From positions 64,001 to 128,000 of the forward strand of contig JAWLHY010000007.1 in NCBI GenBank assembly GCA_041690135.1: DNA of 64,000 nucleotides, in the 5' to 3' direction. Shown here in pieces: positions 1 through 8,751 of this stretch (positions are counted from its first letter, which is position 1; each line of letters begins with the position of its first letter). This DNA comes from Armatimonadota bacterium (GTDB lineage Bacteria > Armatimonadota > SYMT01). Position numbers and translations under genes: made by a program. The notes beneath the pieces were generated by a model. That model saw only the letters and a list, made by a program, of their open reading frames with translations, was not told the DNA's origin and did no database searches.

Positions 1-1
1 G

Positions 2-1366
2 TTGCTCGCCGGACCCTTCATCCAGCCCGAGATGGGCGACCAGCCCCTCCGTTATCGGGCTCAGCGTGGAGACGTCCACCGCTTTCTCCCAGGCTGCCTG
101 GGCGGCGGTGGTCTGCGTGGCCCGGTCGCGCGCGGCCTGTTCCAGGCTTGCGATCTCGCGGTCATACTCGGCCAGCTTTTCCGTTTGCCAGGGGAGGGGG
201 GCCTTAATGAAAGGGACGGCGTTACCGCGCTGGCCATCCAGGCCGCTCTCGGGCACGTTATGGAAGAAGGCGTAGAACCGGTAGAAGTCCTTCTGGGTAA
301 GCGGCTCATACTTGTGGTCGTGGCACTGGCTGCACCGGAGGGTCAGACCCATCCAGGTCGTCGCCGTGGTGTCGATGCGGTCGAAGATGTAGGCCGCGTG
401 ATACTCCTCCGGAATGGCGCCACCCTCGAAGTTGATCGGGTGGTTGCGGTTGAAACCGGTGGCGATCTTCTGCGCCAGGGTGGGGTTGGGCAACATGTCG
501 CCCGCGAGTTGCTCCACCGTGAACTGGTCGAACGGCTGGTTCTTGTTGAAGGCCTCGATTACCCAGTCGCGCCAGCGCCACATGTCGCGGTGGCTGTCGA
601 TATGGTAGCCGTGGGTATCGGCATAGCGGGCCAGGTCCAGCCACTTCAGCGCCATCCGCTCCCCGTAGTGCGGGGAGGCCAGGTACCGATCCACCAGCTT
701 CTCGTACGCGTTCGGTGACCGGTCCGCCAGGAATGCGTCCACATCCGCGGGCGCGGGCGGAAGACCCGTGAGATCAAGGGCCAGCCGGCGGATCAGCGTC
801 CGGCGATCCGCCGCCGGCGAGGGTCTCAGTCCCTCTCGCTCGAGCCGCGCGAGCACGAAACGATCGATAGGGTTGAGGGCCCATTGCTGGTAGCGGACCT
901 CGGGAACGGCAGGCCGCTTGGGAGCGGTGAAAGCCCAGTGGGCCTCGTAATTCGCGCCCTGGGCGATCCACTTCCGGAGAACTTCGATCTGGACCGGGGT
1001 GAGCTTCTTGCCACTGCTCGCCGGAGGCATGCTCCCGGAATCGATGCGGTGGATGAAGGTGCTTTGCTTAGGCTTACCCGGCACCACAGCGAACGCGCCC
1101 GAGGGCAACTTCTGGTAGGCCCCTTCGGCGGTATCGAGGCGGAGCCCCGCCTGACGCGTGTTTGCGTCGAAGCCGTGGCAGGTGAGGCAGTTGTCGGCGA
1201 GGATCGGCCGCACGTCCCGGTCGAAATCCACCGGTTCCTGGACGGCGGTCGCTGGCTTGGCCGGAACCTTGGGCTGTGCCGCCAGGGCGAGAGCGGCCGG
1301 AACCAGCAGCGTACTGAAGGCGATACCGGCGCGGGTGAGCGTGAGGAGCTTGGGACCTATCATCAT
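2..1366 (-). CDS. Planctomycete cytochrome c + DUF1549 (PSD1-type) protein, 3' part runs off the window (missed by the ORF track)
   Basis: Manual translation from ATG 1366: MMIGPKLL...signal peptide...VDFDRDVRPILADNCLTCHGFDANTRQAGLRLDT; later HYGERMALKWLDLARYADTHGY and LRCSQCHDHKYEPL (two CxxCH motifs). Confidence 0.9.
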   Translation of the reverse strand, partial: MMIGPKLLTLTRAGIAFSTLLVPAALALAAQPKVPAKPATAVQEPVDFDRDVRPILADNCLTCHGFDANTRQAGLRLDTAEGAYQKLPSGAFAVVPGKPKQSTFIHRIDSGSMPPASSGKKLTPVQIEVLRKWIAQGANYEAHWAFTAPKRPAVPEVRYQQWALNPIDRFVLARLEREGLRPSPAADRRTLIRRLALDLTGLPPAPADVDAFLADRSPNAYEKLVDRYLASPHYGERMALKWLDLARYADTHGYHIDSHRDMWRWRDWVIEAFNKNQPFDQFTVEQLAGDMLPNPTLAQKIATGFNRNHPINFEGGAIPEEYHAAYIFDRIDTTATTWMGLTLRCSQCHDHKYEPLTQKDFYRFYAFFHNVPESGLDGQRGNAVPFIKAPLPWQTEKLAEYDREIASLEQAARDRATQTTAAQAAWEKAVDVSTLSPITEGLVAHLGLDEGSGEQ

Positions 1367-1460
1367 GGATCGCTTCGGCGGTTCGAACTACACGTCAGAT
1401 GCTTTAGACATCCGTGGAGCCGCCCGGGTTGTGGCAATTTCACGTCCGGCAAGGGGGTGA

Positions 1461-1508
1461 ACAAAAAGACCCGAGAGCCGGCCCCGTCACAGAGGCGCCT
1501 CTCGGGTC
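1461..1508 (-). terminator. Rho-independent terminator downstream of terC
   Basis: Minus strand GACCCGAGAG...CTCTCGGGTC stem followed by TTTTTG. Confidence 0.6.
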
Positions 1509-1621
1509 GTCCAGTGTCTTTCAGAAGACTGCCTAGCGTTACACGCAAGTCCGCTAGCAGGTCTCGAACGGCCTTAAAGGCGCAAACGCAATGGATTACG
1601 GGGTGTCGGCGAAGGTTTACA

Positions 1622-1672
1622 CCCCGAGGGGGGGCGGACTTTGCGCCTTTCCAGCCTGCGACTTCAGTCGCC
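1622..1672. repeat. REP-like palindromic element (GGCGGACTTTG...GCGACTTCAGTCGC)
   Basis: Palindrome GCGACT-TC-AGTCGC at 1658-1671 just downstream of the terC stop; resembles dispersed REP-type repeats. Confidence 0.4.
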
Positions 1673-1695
1673 TATACAAGGGTCTGTCTGTAACG

Positions 1696-2679
1696 TCAAT
1701 TCGCTTCCGGGAAAACCGGCGCGGCCGGGTCATTGGCGTGATGGGGCTCCGGAAGCGGCGCTTCCTTAGGCGGCCGCACCAGCGAGACGATCACCGAGCC
1801 CGCGAGGAGGCTCACGACCACGCCGAGCGAGAGGCCGATCGGAATCTTATAGAACTCCGTGATCAGCATCTTTACGCCGATGAAGCTGAGCACCAGGCCC
1901 AGGCCGTACTTCAGGTAGTGGAACCGCTGGACGAAGTCCGCCAGCAGGAAGTAGAGCGACCGCAGACCCAGGATCGCGAAGATGTTGGACGTGAAGACGA
2001 TGAACGGGTCCGGCGTCACCGCGAAGATCGCCGGGATACTGTCCACCGCGAAGACCACGTCCGTCGCTTCCACCGCCACGAGCACCAGCAAGAGGGGAGT
2101 GGCGTAGCGCTTACCGTCCTTCATCACGAAGAACTTCGCGCCGTGGTACTCGGGCAGCAACGGGAAGTAGCGGCGGACGAGCTTCACGAACGGGTTCTGG
2201 TCCGGGTCGACTTCCTCGTTGTCCTGCGTGAGGATCTTATAGCCGGTGTAGACCAGGAACGCGCCGAAGACGTAGATGATCCAGTGGAACTGGTGCATCA
2301 GCACCGCGCCGATGGTGATGAAGATGGCGCGGAGGATGATCGCTCCCAGCACGCCCCAGAACAGCACCGGTCTCTGTAACTCCGCGGGGACCGAGAAGTA
2401 CGAGAAGATGACCAGGAAGACGAAGATGTTGTCGACGCTAAGGGACTCTTCGACCAGGTAGCCGGTCAGAAACTCCAATGCCTTCTGTGGGCCGAACTCA
2501 TAGTAAACATAGCCGGCGAAACACAGCGCCAGCCCGACCCACATGCAGGTGAACTTCAGCGCCTGCGAGGTGGTGACGGTTTGGGATTTCCGCTGGAGGA
2601 CGCCCAGGTCGAGCGCCAGCAGGAACAGAATCAAGACAATGAAGCCGCCCCACATGAGGGGCGATCCGACCGTTTGCAT
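1696..2679 (-). CDS. alx: TerC/Alx family membrane protein (probable Mn2+ homeostasis)
   Basis: EFLTGYLVEESLSVDNIFVF and VEATDVVFAVDSIPAIFAVT..PFIVFTSNIFAILGLRSLYF TerC motifs; multiple TM helices; preceded by yybP-ykoY riboswitch. Confidence 0.92.
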   Translation of the reverse strand: MQTVGSPLMWGGFIVLILFLLALDLGVLQRKSQTVTTSQALKFTCMWVGLALCFAGYVYYEFGPQKALEFLTGYLVEESLSVDNIFVFLVIFSYFSVPAELQRPVLFWGVLGAIILRAIFITIGAVLMHQFHWIIYVFGAFLVYTGYKILTQDNEEVDPDQNPFVKLVRRYFPLLPEYHGAKFFVMKDGKRYATPLLLVLVAVEATDVVFAVDSIPAIFAVTPDPFIVFTSNIFAILGLRSLYFLLADFVQRFHYLKYGLGLVLSFIGVKMLITEFYKIPIGLSLGVVVSLLAGSVIVSLVRPPKEAPLPEPHHANDPAAPVFPEAN

Positions 2680-2707
2680 ACTCTGGTTACTTCCGGTGGT
2701 GTGCTAG

Positions 2708-2864
2708 AAACGCAAAAGGGGCGAGACCCCGCTGAGACCCCAAAAAGTGGCCCGGCGAAGGTCTCGCCCCGGTAAATGGTCTTACCGTCCTGGCACCGGC
2801 TCCGAAGAGCGTAATGACGGCACCAGGCATCCCGCGGCAGCGAGACGGCTACTCCCCCTCAACC
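2708..2864 (-). promoter_or_regulatory. yybP-ykoY (Mn2+) riboswitch with terminator-type expression platform
   Basis: Minus strand GGTTGAGGGGGAGTAGC...GCCGTCATTACG...GGCGAGACCTTCGCC (about 2864-2753) matches the family hallmarks; downstream GGTCTCGCCCC+TTTTG can pair with aptamer GGGGCGAGACC; canonical position upstream of TerC. Confidence 0.85.
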
Positions 2865-2903
2865 CTATTATGTCTTATTCACCGCCTCGCGCGCGAACAC
2901 CTG

Positions 2904-3785
2904 CTAGCGCCAGGCGTAAGTTGTTTGCGCCTGGCCCATCTCCTGCGCGAGCGCTTCGAGCTTGGCGATGCGGTCGCCCATCGGAGGGTGGGTGCTGAAC
3001 AGGGAGGCGAACGCCTGCCCTCGCAGCGGGTTGACGATAAATAAATGTGCCGTTGCCGGGGTGGCGTGCATGGGCCGGGCTTCGGCGGCCATCTCCAGTT
3101 TCCGCAGTGCGCTCGCCAGCGCCAGGGGTCGCCCGCAGATCTCCGAGCCCGTGCGGTCCGCCAGGTACTCGCGGCTGCGGGAAACCGCCAGTTGCAGGAT
3201 CATCGCCGCAATCGGCGCCACGATCGCCATGGCCAACATCACCAGGGGATTGGCCCCTTCGTCGTCGTCGCTGCGGGAGAGCCCGCCGAAGATCGCCGCG
3301 TATTGGGCCATCTGCGCGATCATGGTGATGGCGCCCGCGATGGTCGCCGCGATGGTGCTGACCAGCGTGTCCCGGTTCTTGATGTGCGCCAGCTCGTGGG
3401 CCACCACGCCCTCGACTTCGTCGCTCCCCAACATCTGCAGCAGGCCGGCGTTGACCGCCACCGCCGCATGCTTTGGATCGCGGCCGGTGGCGAAGGCGTT
3501 CGGCGTCGGGTCGGGGATCACGTAGAGCGCCGGCATCGGCAGCCGCGCGCGCTCGCACAGCCGTTCCACCATCCGGTAGAGATCCGGCGCTTCCTCCGGA
3601 GTGACCGGTTGCGCGTGGTACATCGACAGAACGATCTTGTCCGAAAACCAGTACGACCCCACGTTCATCACCAGCGCGAAGGCGAAGGCGATCAGCATGC
3701 CGTTCATGCCGCCGATCGCCCGGCCAAGCAGCACCAGCAGTACCGTGAGGCCGGCCAGAAGCAAGCCCGTCTTCACGTGGTTCAT
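2904..3785 (-). CDS. htpX: Zinc metalloprotease HtpX (M48)
   Basis: Start [10 protein letters not shown] with AAGGA RBS; [28 protein letters not shown] motifs. Confidence 0.95.
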   Translation of the reverse strand: MNHVKTGLLLAGLTVLLVLLGRAIGGMNGMLIAFAFALVMNVGSYWFSDKIVLSMYHAQPVTPEEAPDLYRMVERLCERARLPMPALYVIPDPTPNAFATGRDPKHAAVAVNAGLLQMLGSDEVEGVVAHELAHIKNRDTLVSTIAATIAGAITMIAQMAQYAAIFGGLSRSDDDEGANPLVMLAMAIVAPIAAMILQLAVSRSREYLADRTGSEICGRPLALASALRKLEMAAEARPMHATPATAHLFIVNPLRGQAFASLFSTHPPMGDRIAKLEALAQEMGQAQTTYAWR

Positions 3786-4118
3786 AGTTTCCTTTTTTCC
3801 TTTCCCGGCACTTCCGCCGGGTTCATCCCATTTGCGGGCCGGCACATCGCCGTGCCGGTCTCCAGTTGAGCATCCCATACGCAGAACGGGGGCAAAACCT
3901 CCGCCGCGGGTCCCCAAGGGACCACCAGCGAAAGTCTTGCCCCCGTTCAAATCGATACGGGTCCGGGGCCGGCCCTGCGCGGGCGTATTGACGACCCCTG
4001 GCTTCGCGACGTCAGGCGCGAAGGCTACTCCCTTTCATCTATTGCTATCTTACCCAGAGCCCGGCATTTTATCAAATGCGCTCCGGTCATTTCGTCCGGA
4101 GCGCATTTTGACTTTTTC

Positions 4119-5846
4119 TTACGCGGGCACCGGTTCCGGGCTCAGCGGCGGAGCGGGTTTCCGGCCGAACAGGACCCGGTAGGCTTCGATCAGCATCAGG
4201 CCCGCCAGCCCGAGCAGGAAGATTCCCACCCACGGCACGATGGCGGGAACCTTGGGGTCGCTGAACTGCTGGATCACGAGCGTGACCAGGGCCCAGACGC
4301 TCATCGCGTACATCCAGGCCGTCGGGAGGCCGGTAACCACCCATGCCCACTGGGCCTTGACTCCTCGCACCAGCCACACCGTCACCCCGAGCAGCGTCAG
4401 CGCGGCGAGGAGCTGGTTGCTGGCCCCGAATAGCGCCCAGAACAGTTTCCAGAGTTCCGCCGGCTTCCCGGTTACCGGGTCGGTGGGAGTCTGCAGAATG
4501 AACAGGAGGGGAACCCCCGCGGTGAGCCCCGTGCCCAGCCAGCGGCCCTTGGCGTCGTGCCAGCCCGTAAGCTCCTGGATGATGTAGCGGCCCAGGCGCG
4601 TGCACACGTCGAGCGTGTCGTAGACGAACGTCGTGAACGCCATCAGCCCGAAGGCGATGCCGAAGCCGGCCGGAATACCCAGCACCTGCAGGAAGGAACC
4701 GATGCCGCTGGCGTAGATGAAGTTCGGCTTGGGGTTCTCCAGCAGCGGCGACCCCTTGGCCAACATCATCACGCAGCAAAGGGAGACGATCGCCACCATC
4801 GCCTCGAGCAGCATCGCGCCGTAGCCGATCGACTTGGCATCCGTCTCCTTCCGGAGCTGCTTCGACGTGGTGCCGGAGGCGATGATGGAATGGAACCCGG
4901 AACAGGCGCCGCAGGCGATTGTGATGAAGAGCATCGGGAAGAGGAACTCCCCCTTTGCCGTGGACCAGCCCGTGAAGGCGGGATACTCGATCGGCTTGCC
5001 TCCGAATAGCAGACCGAGGGCACCCGCGCCGAGAGCGATATAGAGGAAGTAGCCGCCCAGATGCCCGCGCGGCTGCAGGAGGAGCCACATCGGCACCACC
5101 GAGGCCACGAAGCAGTAGACTAGCAGGGAGACGTCCCACAGCTTGTGCGCTTCATGCGCCGGGCGACCGAAGAAAGCAGCGAGGTCGAACGGGATGTATT
5201 GCCCGACCCAGATTGCCACGCCCACCAGCGGCAGGAAGATGGCGGTGGCGACCCCCAGCGGCAGCTTGGTATACCGCAGGAGGAGGCCCATGATGATGGG
5301 AAGGGCCAGGTAGAGGAGCGACGAGGTGGCGATGCCCGCGCCGCTGACCTGTGATCCGTCTTCCAGCGTGACCTGACCGATGAAGGAGGCGGCGGTGACG
5401 TCGGTGAAGGCAACGATGATGTAGACCAGCGCGATCCAGATGAATGTGAGAAACATCAGGTAGGATCGCCGCGTCATGTGGTCCCGCACGACTTCCGCGA
5501 TGGAGCGCGCCTTGTGGCGGACGGAGGCGACGAGCGCTCCGATGTCGTGGATGCCACCGATGAAGATAGACCCGATCAGGATCCAAAGCAGCGCAGGTAC
5601 CCAGCCGAACATGACGCCGGCCAGGATAGGACCGACGATCGGGCCGGCCGCCGCGATGGCCGAGAAGTGCTGGGTCATCAGGAACTTCGGCTCGATCGGC
5701 ACGTAGTCCACGTCGTCCCGCAACTCCACGGCGGGGGTGGTGGCCTCGGGGTCCAGCTTGAACAGCCGGGCGAGAAGGTTGCCGTAGGTCCGATAGGCGA
5801 TGATCAGGATCACGCCCGAGACCAGCACAACGGGCAACAGCGTCAT
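4119..5846 (-). CDS. cstA: Carbon starvation protein CstA family peptide/pyruvate transporter
   Basis: DDVDYVP, HFSAIAAAGPIVGP, FITIACGACSGFHS, YGAMLLE, FGASNQLLA motifs. Confidence 0.92.
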   Translation of the reverse strand: MTLLPVVLVSGVILIIAYRTYGNLLARLFKLDPEATTPAVELRDDVDYVPIEPKFLMTQHFSAIAAAGPIVGPILAGVMFGWVPALLWILIGSIFIGGIHDIGALVASVRHKARSIAEVVRDHMTRRSYLMFLTFIWIALVYIIVAFTDVTAASFIGQVTLEDGSQVSGAGIATSSLLYLALPIIMGLLLRYTKLPLGVATAIFLPLVGVAIWVGQYIPFDLAAFFGRPAHEAHKLWDVSLLVYCFVASVVPMWLLLQPRGHLGGYFLYIALGAGALGLLFGGKPIEYPAFTGWSTAKGEFLFPMLFITIACGACSGFHSIIASGTTSKQLRKETDAKSIGYGAMLLEAMVAIVSLCCVMMLAKGSPLLENPKPNFIYASGIGSFLQVLGIPAGFGIAFGLMAFTTFVYDTLDVCTRLGRYIIQELTGWHDAKGRWLGTGLTAGVPLLFILQTPTDPVTGKPAELWKLFWALFGASNQLLAALTLLGVTVWLVRGVKAQWAWVVTGLPTAWMYAMSVWALVTLVIQQFSDPKVPAIVPWVGIFLLGLAGLMLIEAYRVLFGRKPAPPLSPEPVPA

Positions 5847-6314
5847 TCATGCACTCCTTCGTACGGGGGGGGGCTACCTTATAACATACGGCGCCGCGGC
5901 GTGGTTTCCTCTCTCGAATGGCGGGCGCGAGCGTCCGGTGGGCACTGCCACTTGCGAGCACTGCAGCCATTGATATCGTACTTGTCAAAGTAGGGCGGAT
6001 GCTCTGTCTCCGCCCGGTCTTGTCCTTGGATTCCTCTTGTCGTGTGGCGGGCCCCTCACACGTAGGCATACGAACCTATCGTCCGCTCCTGGTGCAAGAG
6101 CCAGATTAAGGGTCTTGACGGGTTGGCGGGAGTTACTGACCAGTATTGCACCCTTGGTACAAACCGGTTTCTCCGCCCCAGTCAGCGAGGCGTGCCGGAG
6201 TGACGGCGCCGGGTACCCGCGCAGTGGGTGGGGGTATCGACCTCCCTCTGGGAAACCGTACCTGCTCAGTTACTTCCACACCCCTTAGCAGGCCCCATGC
6301 TACGGAGATAAGCA

Positions 6315-7163
6315 ATGCGAACGAGAAACCTCTTCCAGTTGGTGCTGACCTTAGCTGTTTGTCTGTTTGCCGTCGCTGTGGCGGCGACAGCCGATGACGA
6401 CCTGGACCAGCTCCTGGAAAAGGCGCGGTCAGCTGCCCGGAAGGGGGAGCTCACGGAAGCCGTGACGTTGGCTTCCCAAGCGATTGCGACGGATCCCAAA
6501 CGGACGGACGGCTGGATGCTGCGAGCCCAGTTACACACGCTCCGCGCGGAGCACCAGAAGGCTGTCGGGGATTACAGCGAGGTCCTCAAGCGCGATCCGA
6601 AGTCGGCCGCGGCCTGGCAGCGGCGGGGAGAGGCGCACTTCCGGAGCGGTGCGGTAGACAAGTCGATTGCGGACTTCAATCGCTATCTGGCGCTGGCGCC
6701 CGACCAGAAGCCGCACCACTGGCAGCGGGGAATCTCGCTTTACTACGCCGGGCGTTTCGCCGAAGGAAAGCGGCAGTTCGAACTCCACCAATCGGTGAAT
6801 ACCCAGGACGTGGAGAACGCGGTCTGGCACTTTCTCTGCACGGCGCGGGCCGAGAACCTCGCTGCGGCGCGGAAGCAGCTCATCCCGATCGAGGGCGATC
6901 CGCGCATCCCAATGGCGGAGGTGTACCGGCTCTTTGCCGGCAAGGCCACTCCCCGGGACGTGATCGCGGCCGCGGAAGCCGGTCCGGAGCGCACGCGAGC
7001 CGGCGAGCCGATGTTCTACGCGCACCTCTACCTTGGGCTGTACTACGAGGCCGTGGGCGACAAGAAACAGGCTCGCCAGCACATGCAGAAGGCCGCCGCC
7101 CGCGCGCAGCACAACGGCTACATGGGTGACGTGGCGCGGGTGCACTCCGGGATCCTCCAATAA
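6315..7163 (+). CDS. Secreted TPR protein (NlpI-like)
   Basis: Signal peptide, successive TPR helices, C-terminal FYAHLYLGLYYE. Confidence 0.8.
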   Translation: MRTRNLFQLVLTLAVCLFAVAVAATADDDLDQLLEKARSAARKGELTEAVTLASQAIATDPKRTDGWMLRAQLHTLRAEHQKAVGDYSEVLKRDPKSAAAWQRRGEAHFRSGAVDKSIADFNRYLALAPDQKPHHWQRGISLYYAGRFAEGKRQFELHQSVNTQDVENAVWHFLCTARAENLAAARKQLIPIEGDPRIPMAEVYRLFAGKATPRDVIAAAEAGPERTRAGEPMFYAHLYLGLYYEAVGDKKQARQHMQKAAARAQHNGYMGDVARVHSGILQ

Positions 7164-7713
7164 CAGACGCCCAACTCTTGTGGTCGATGCACCGGGGCAA
7201 TGCCGGCTCGGGCGGGAACAGACCCTATTCCGGCCAGCCGCAGAACCAGGAGCTTCCCAGGCCGATTCCGCTCACCCGGCATCAAGTATTGACGAACACT
7301 CTGTATTGCGAACTGGTAGACTCCTCTTTGCGATGTGACTGAAATCACATCGGCGCTAAGTTGACCCTAAATAATGTGAACCTAACGGGCGAACCGGCGT
7401 CTGTGTAGACAAGCGCCGTCGAGAGGTGGCGGCTGACCGGACAAGTAGACTTTGAGCCGCCGTGAGGAAACCGGTGGATTGAGAGAGGCGGTCACGGGTT
7501 GTGGCGACCCGTGACCGCTGTTGAGAGCACGAGGGTATCGAGTCTCATCTCCTCATTCTGCCCCCTGAACGTTTGCTCCTCTGTCGGGCCCTCGTCATTC
7601 TGGCGAGGGCCGCCCGGTCGCGCGTCTTTCAGCATTCACCGGCCGGGTGCATCCTCAAGTCGCGGGTGGGGGTGACGCCTTCCGGTGTTTCCAGTCGACC
7701 GGAGGAGCGTTCC

Positions 7714-8673
7714 ATGCAGACCCGAATCAGCGGAGCCCGCTCGCGTAACCATTCCCCCGTGGTGCGCAGCTTCCCCACGACCGCTCCGATCGGAGCTTGT
7801 CGGCCGCGGATTCATCCCCGTTTCCAGGCACTGCCGGCCCCGATCATCGTCATCGGCATGCACCGGTGCGGAACAAGCCTGGTGGCGGCCATCCTGGGAA
7901 GTCTTGGCGTTTTCGTGGGCCCGGAATACTTGCGGCTCGCGGCCCACGGCGATGCTCTTGCGTCGGTTGCGGGGATCGCGGAGAGTGGGTACGCGGAGGC
8001 GGAGGCCTTCCGGCTGCTCAATGACCGTTTGCTGGCCCAGGCGGGGGCGAGTTGGGACCGCGTGGAGAACCTCTCGACAGGCGGCCGTGAGTTGTGGCTC
8101 GCCAACGCCGGGCGGACCGCCGCCGCGGCCACTTTCGGAGCGCTCCAGCGGTCGTACCTATCGGCGGCGGGCCGTGATTTCCGGGGCCCCTGGGGCTGGA
8201 AGGACCCGCGTAACAGCCTGACCTTACCCTGCTGGTTACAGTTGTTCCCCGATGCGCGCATCGTGCATGTCCGCCGTAGCCGGCACGGAGCGGTGAACAG
8301 CCTCCACCGCCGCGCCGTCTCCTGGAGCCGGCGCGAACCACCCGTCCTGACCCGAAAGGAGCGTCTCGCCTGGGCACTGCAGCATCCCGTGGCGGCGGCA
8401 GCTACCCTCGCGCGGAAGGCGGGGTTTCTTCCTGCCCCTGTCTCTCTTCCCGACCCCTGCCTCGAACGGGAACACTGCGGGATGCTCTACGACCACTACG
8501 TCGACACTTGCCGCGGCTATGCGTGCCTGGGGAGCCAGTACTCGGAAGTGAGCTACGAGGAGTTGACCGGCGATCCGACGGCCAGTATTCGGCGCCTCGC
8601 GGCCGTGCTGGACCTGCGGGTTTCCGAGTTGGAGTTGGAGAGCGCCGCGCGCCTGGTGCGGGTCAAACAGTGA
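7714..8673 (+). CDS. Sulfotransferase family protein
   Basis: GGAGGAG RBS before ATG 7714; IIVIGMHRCGTS PAPS-binding loop, WGWKDPR, VSYEEL..DP. Confidence 0.85.
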   Translation: MQTRISGARSRNHSPVVRSFPTTAPIGACRPRIHPRFQALPAPIIVIGMHRCGTSLVAAILGSLGVFVGPEYLRLAAHGDALASVAGIAESGYAEAEAFRLLNDRLLAQAGASWDRVENLSTGGRELWLANAGRTAAAATFGALQRSYLSAAGRDFRGPWGWKDPRNSLTLPCWLQLFPDARIVHVRRSRHGAVNSLHRRAVSWSRREPPVLTRKERLAWALQHPVAAAATLARKAGFLPAPVSLPDPCLEREHCGMLYDHYVDTCRGYACLGSQYSEVSYEELTGDPTASIRRLAAVLDLRVSELELESAARLVRVKQ

Positions 8674-8751
8674 TTCACACCCTTTACGGGGAAGAAATCG
8701 CCGCAGGAGAGCCCCCGGAGCGTTCCGAAAGGAACTCCGGGGGCTTCATTG

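Noticed and set aside
2-1693. Plus-strand ORFs 2..718 and 884..1693
   Set aside because: Antisense shadows of the minus-strand DUF1549 gene
3786-3950. N-terminal extension of HtpX
   Set aside because: RBS and family homology begin at ATG 3785
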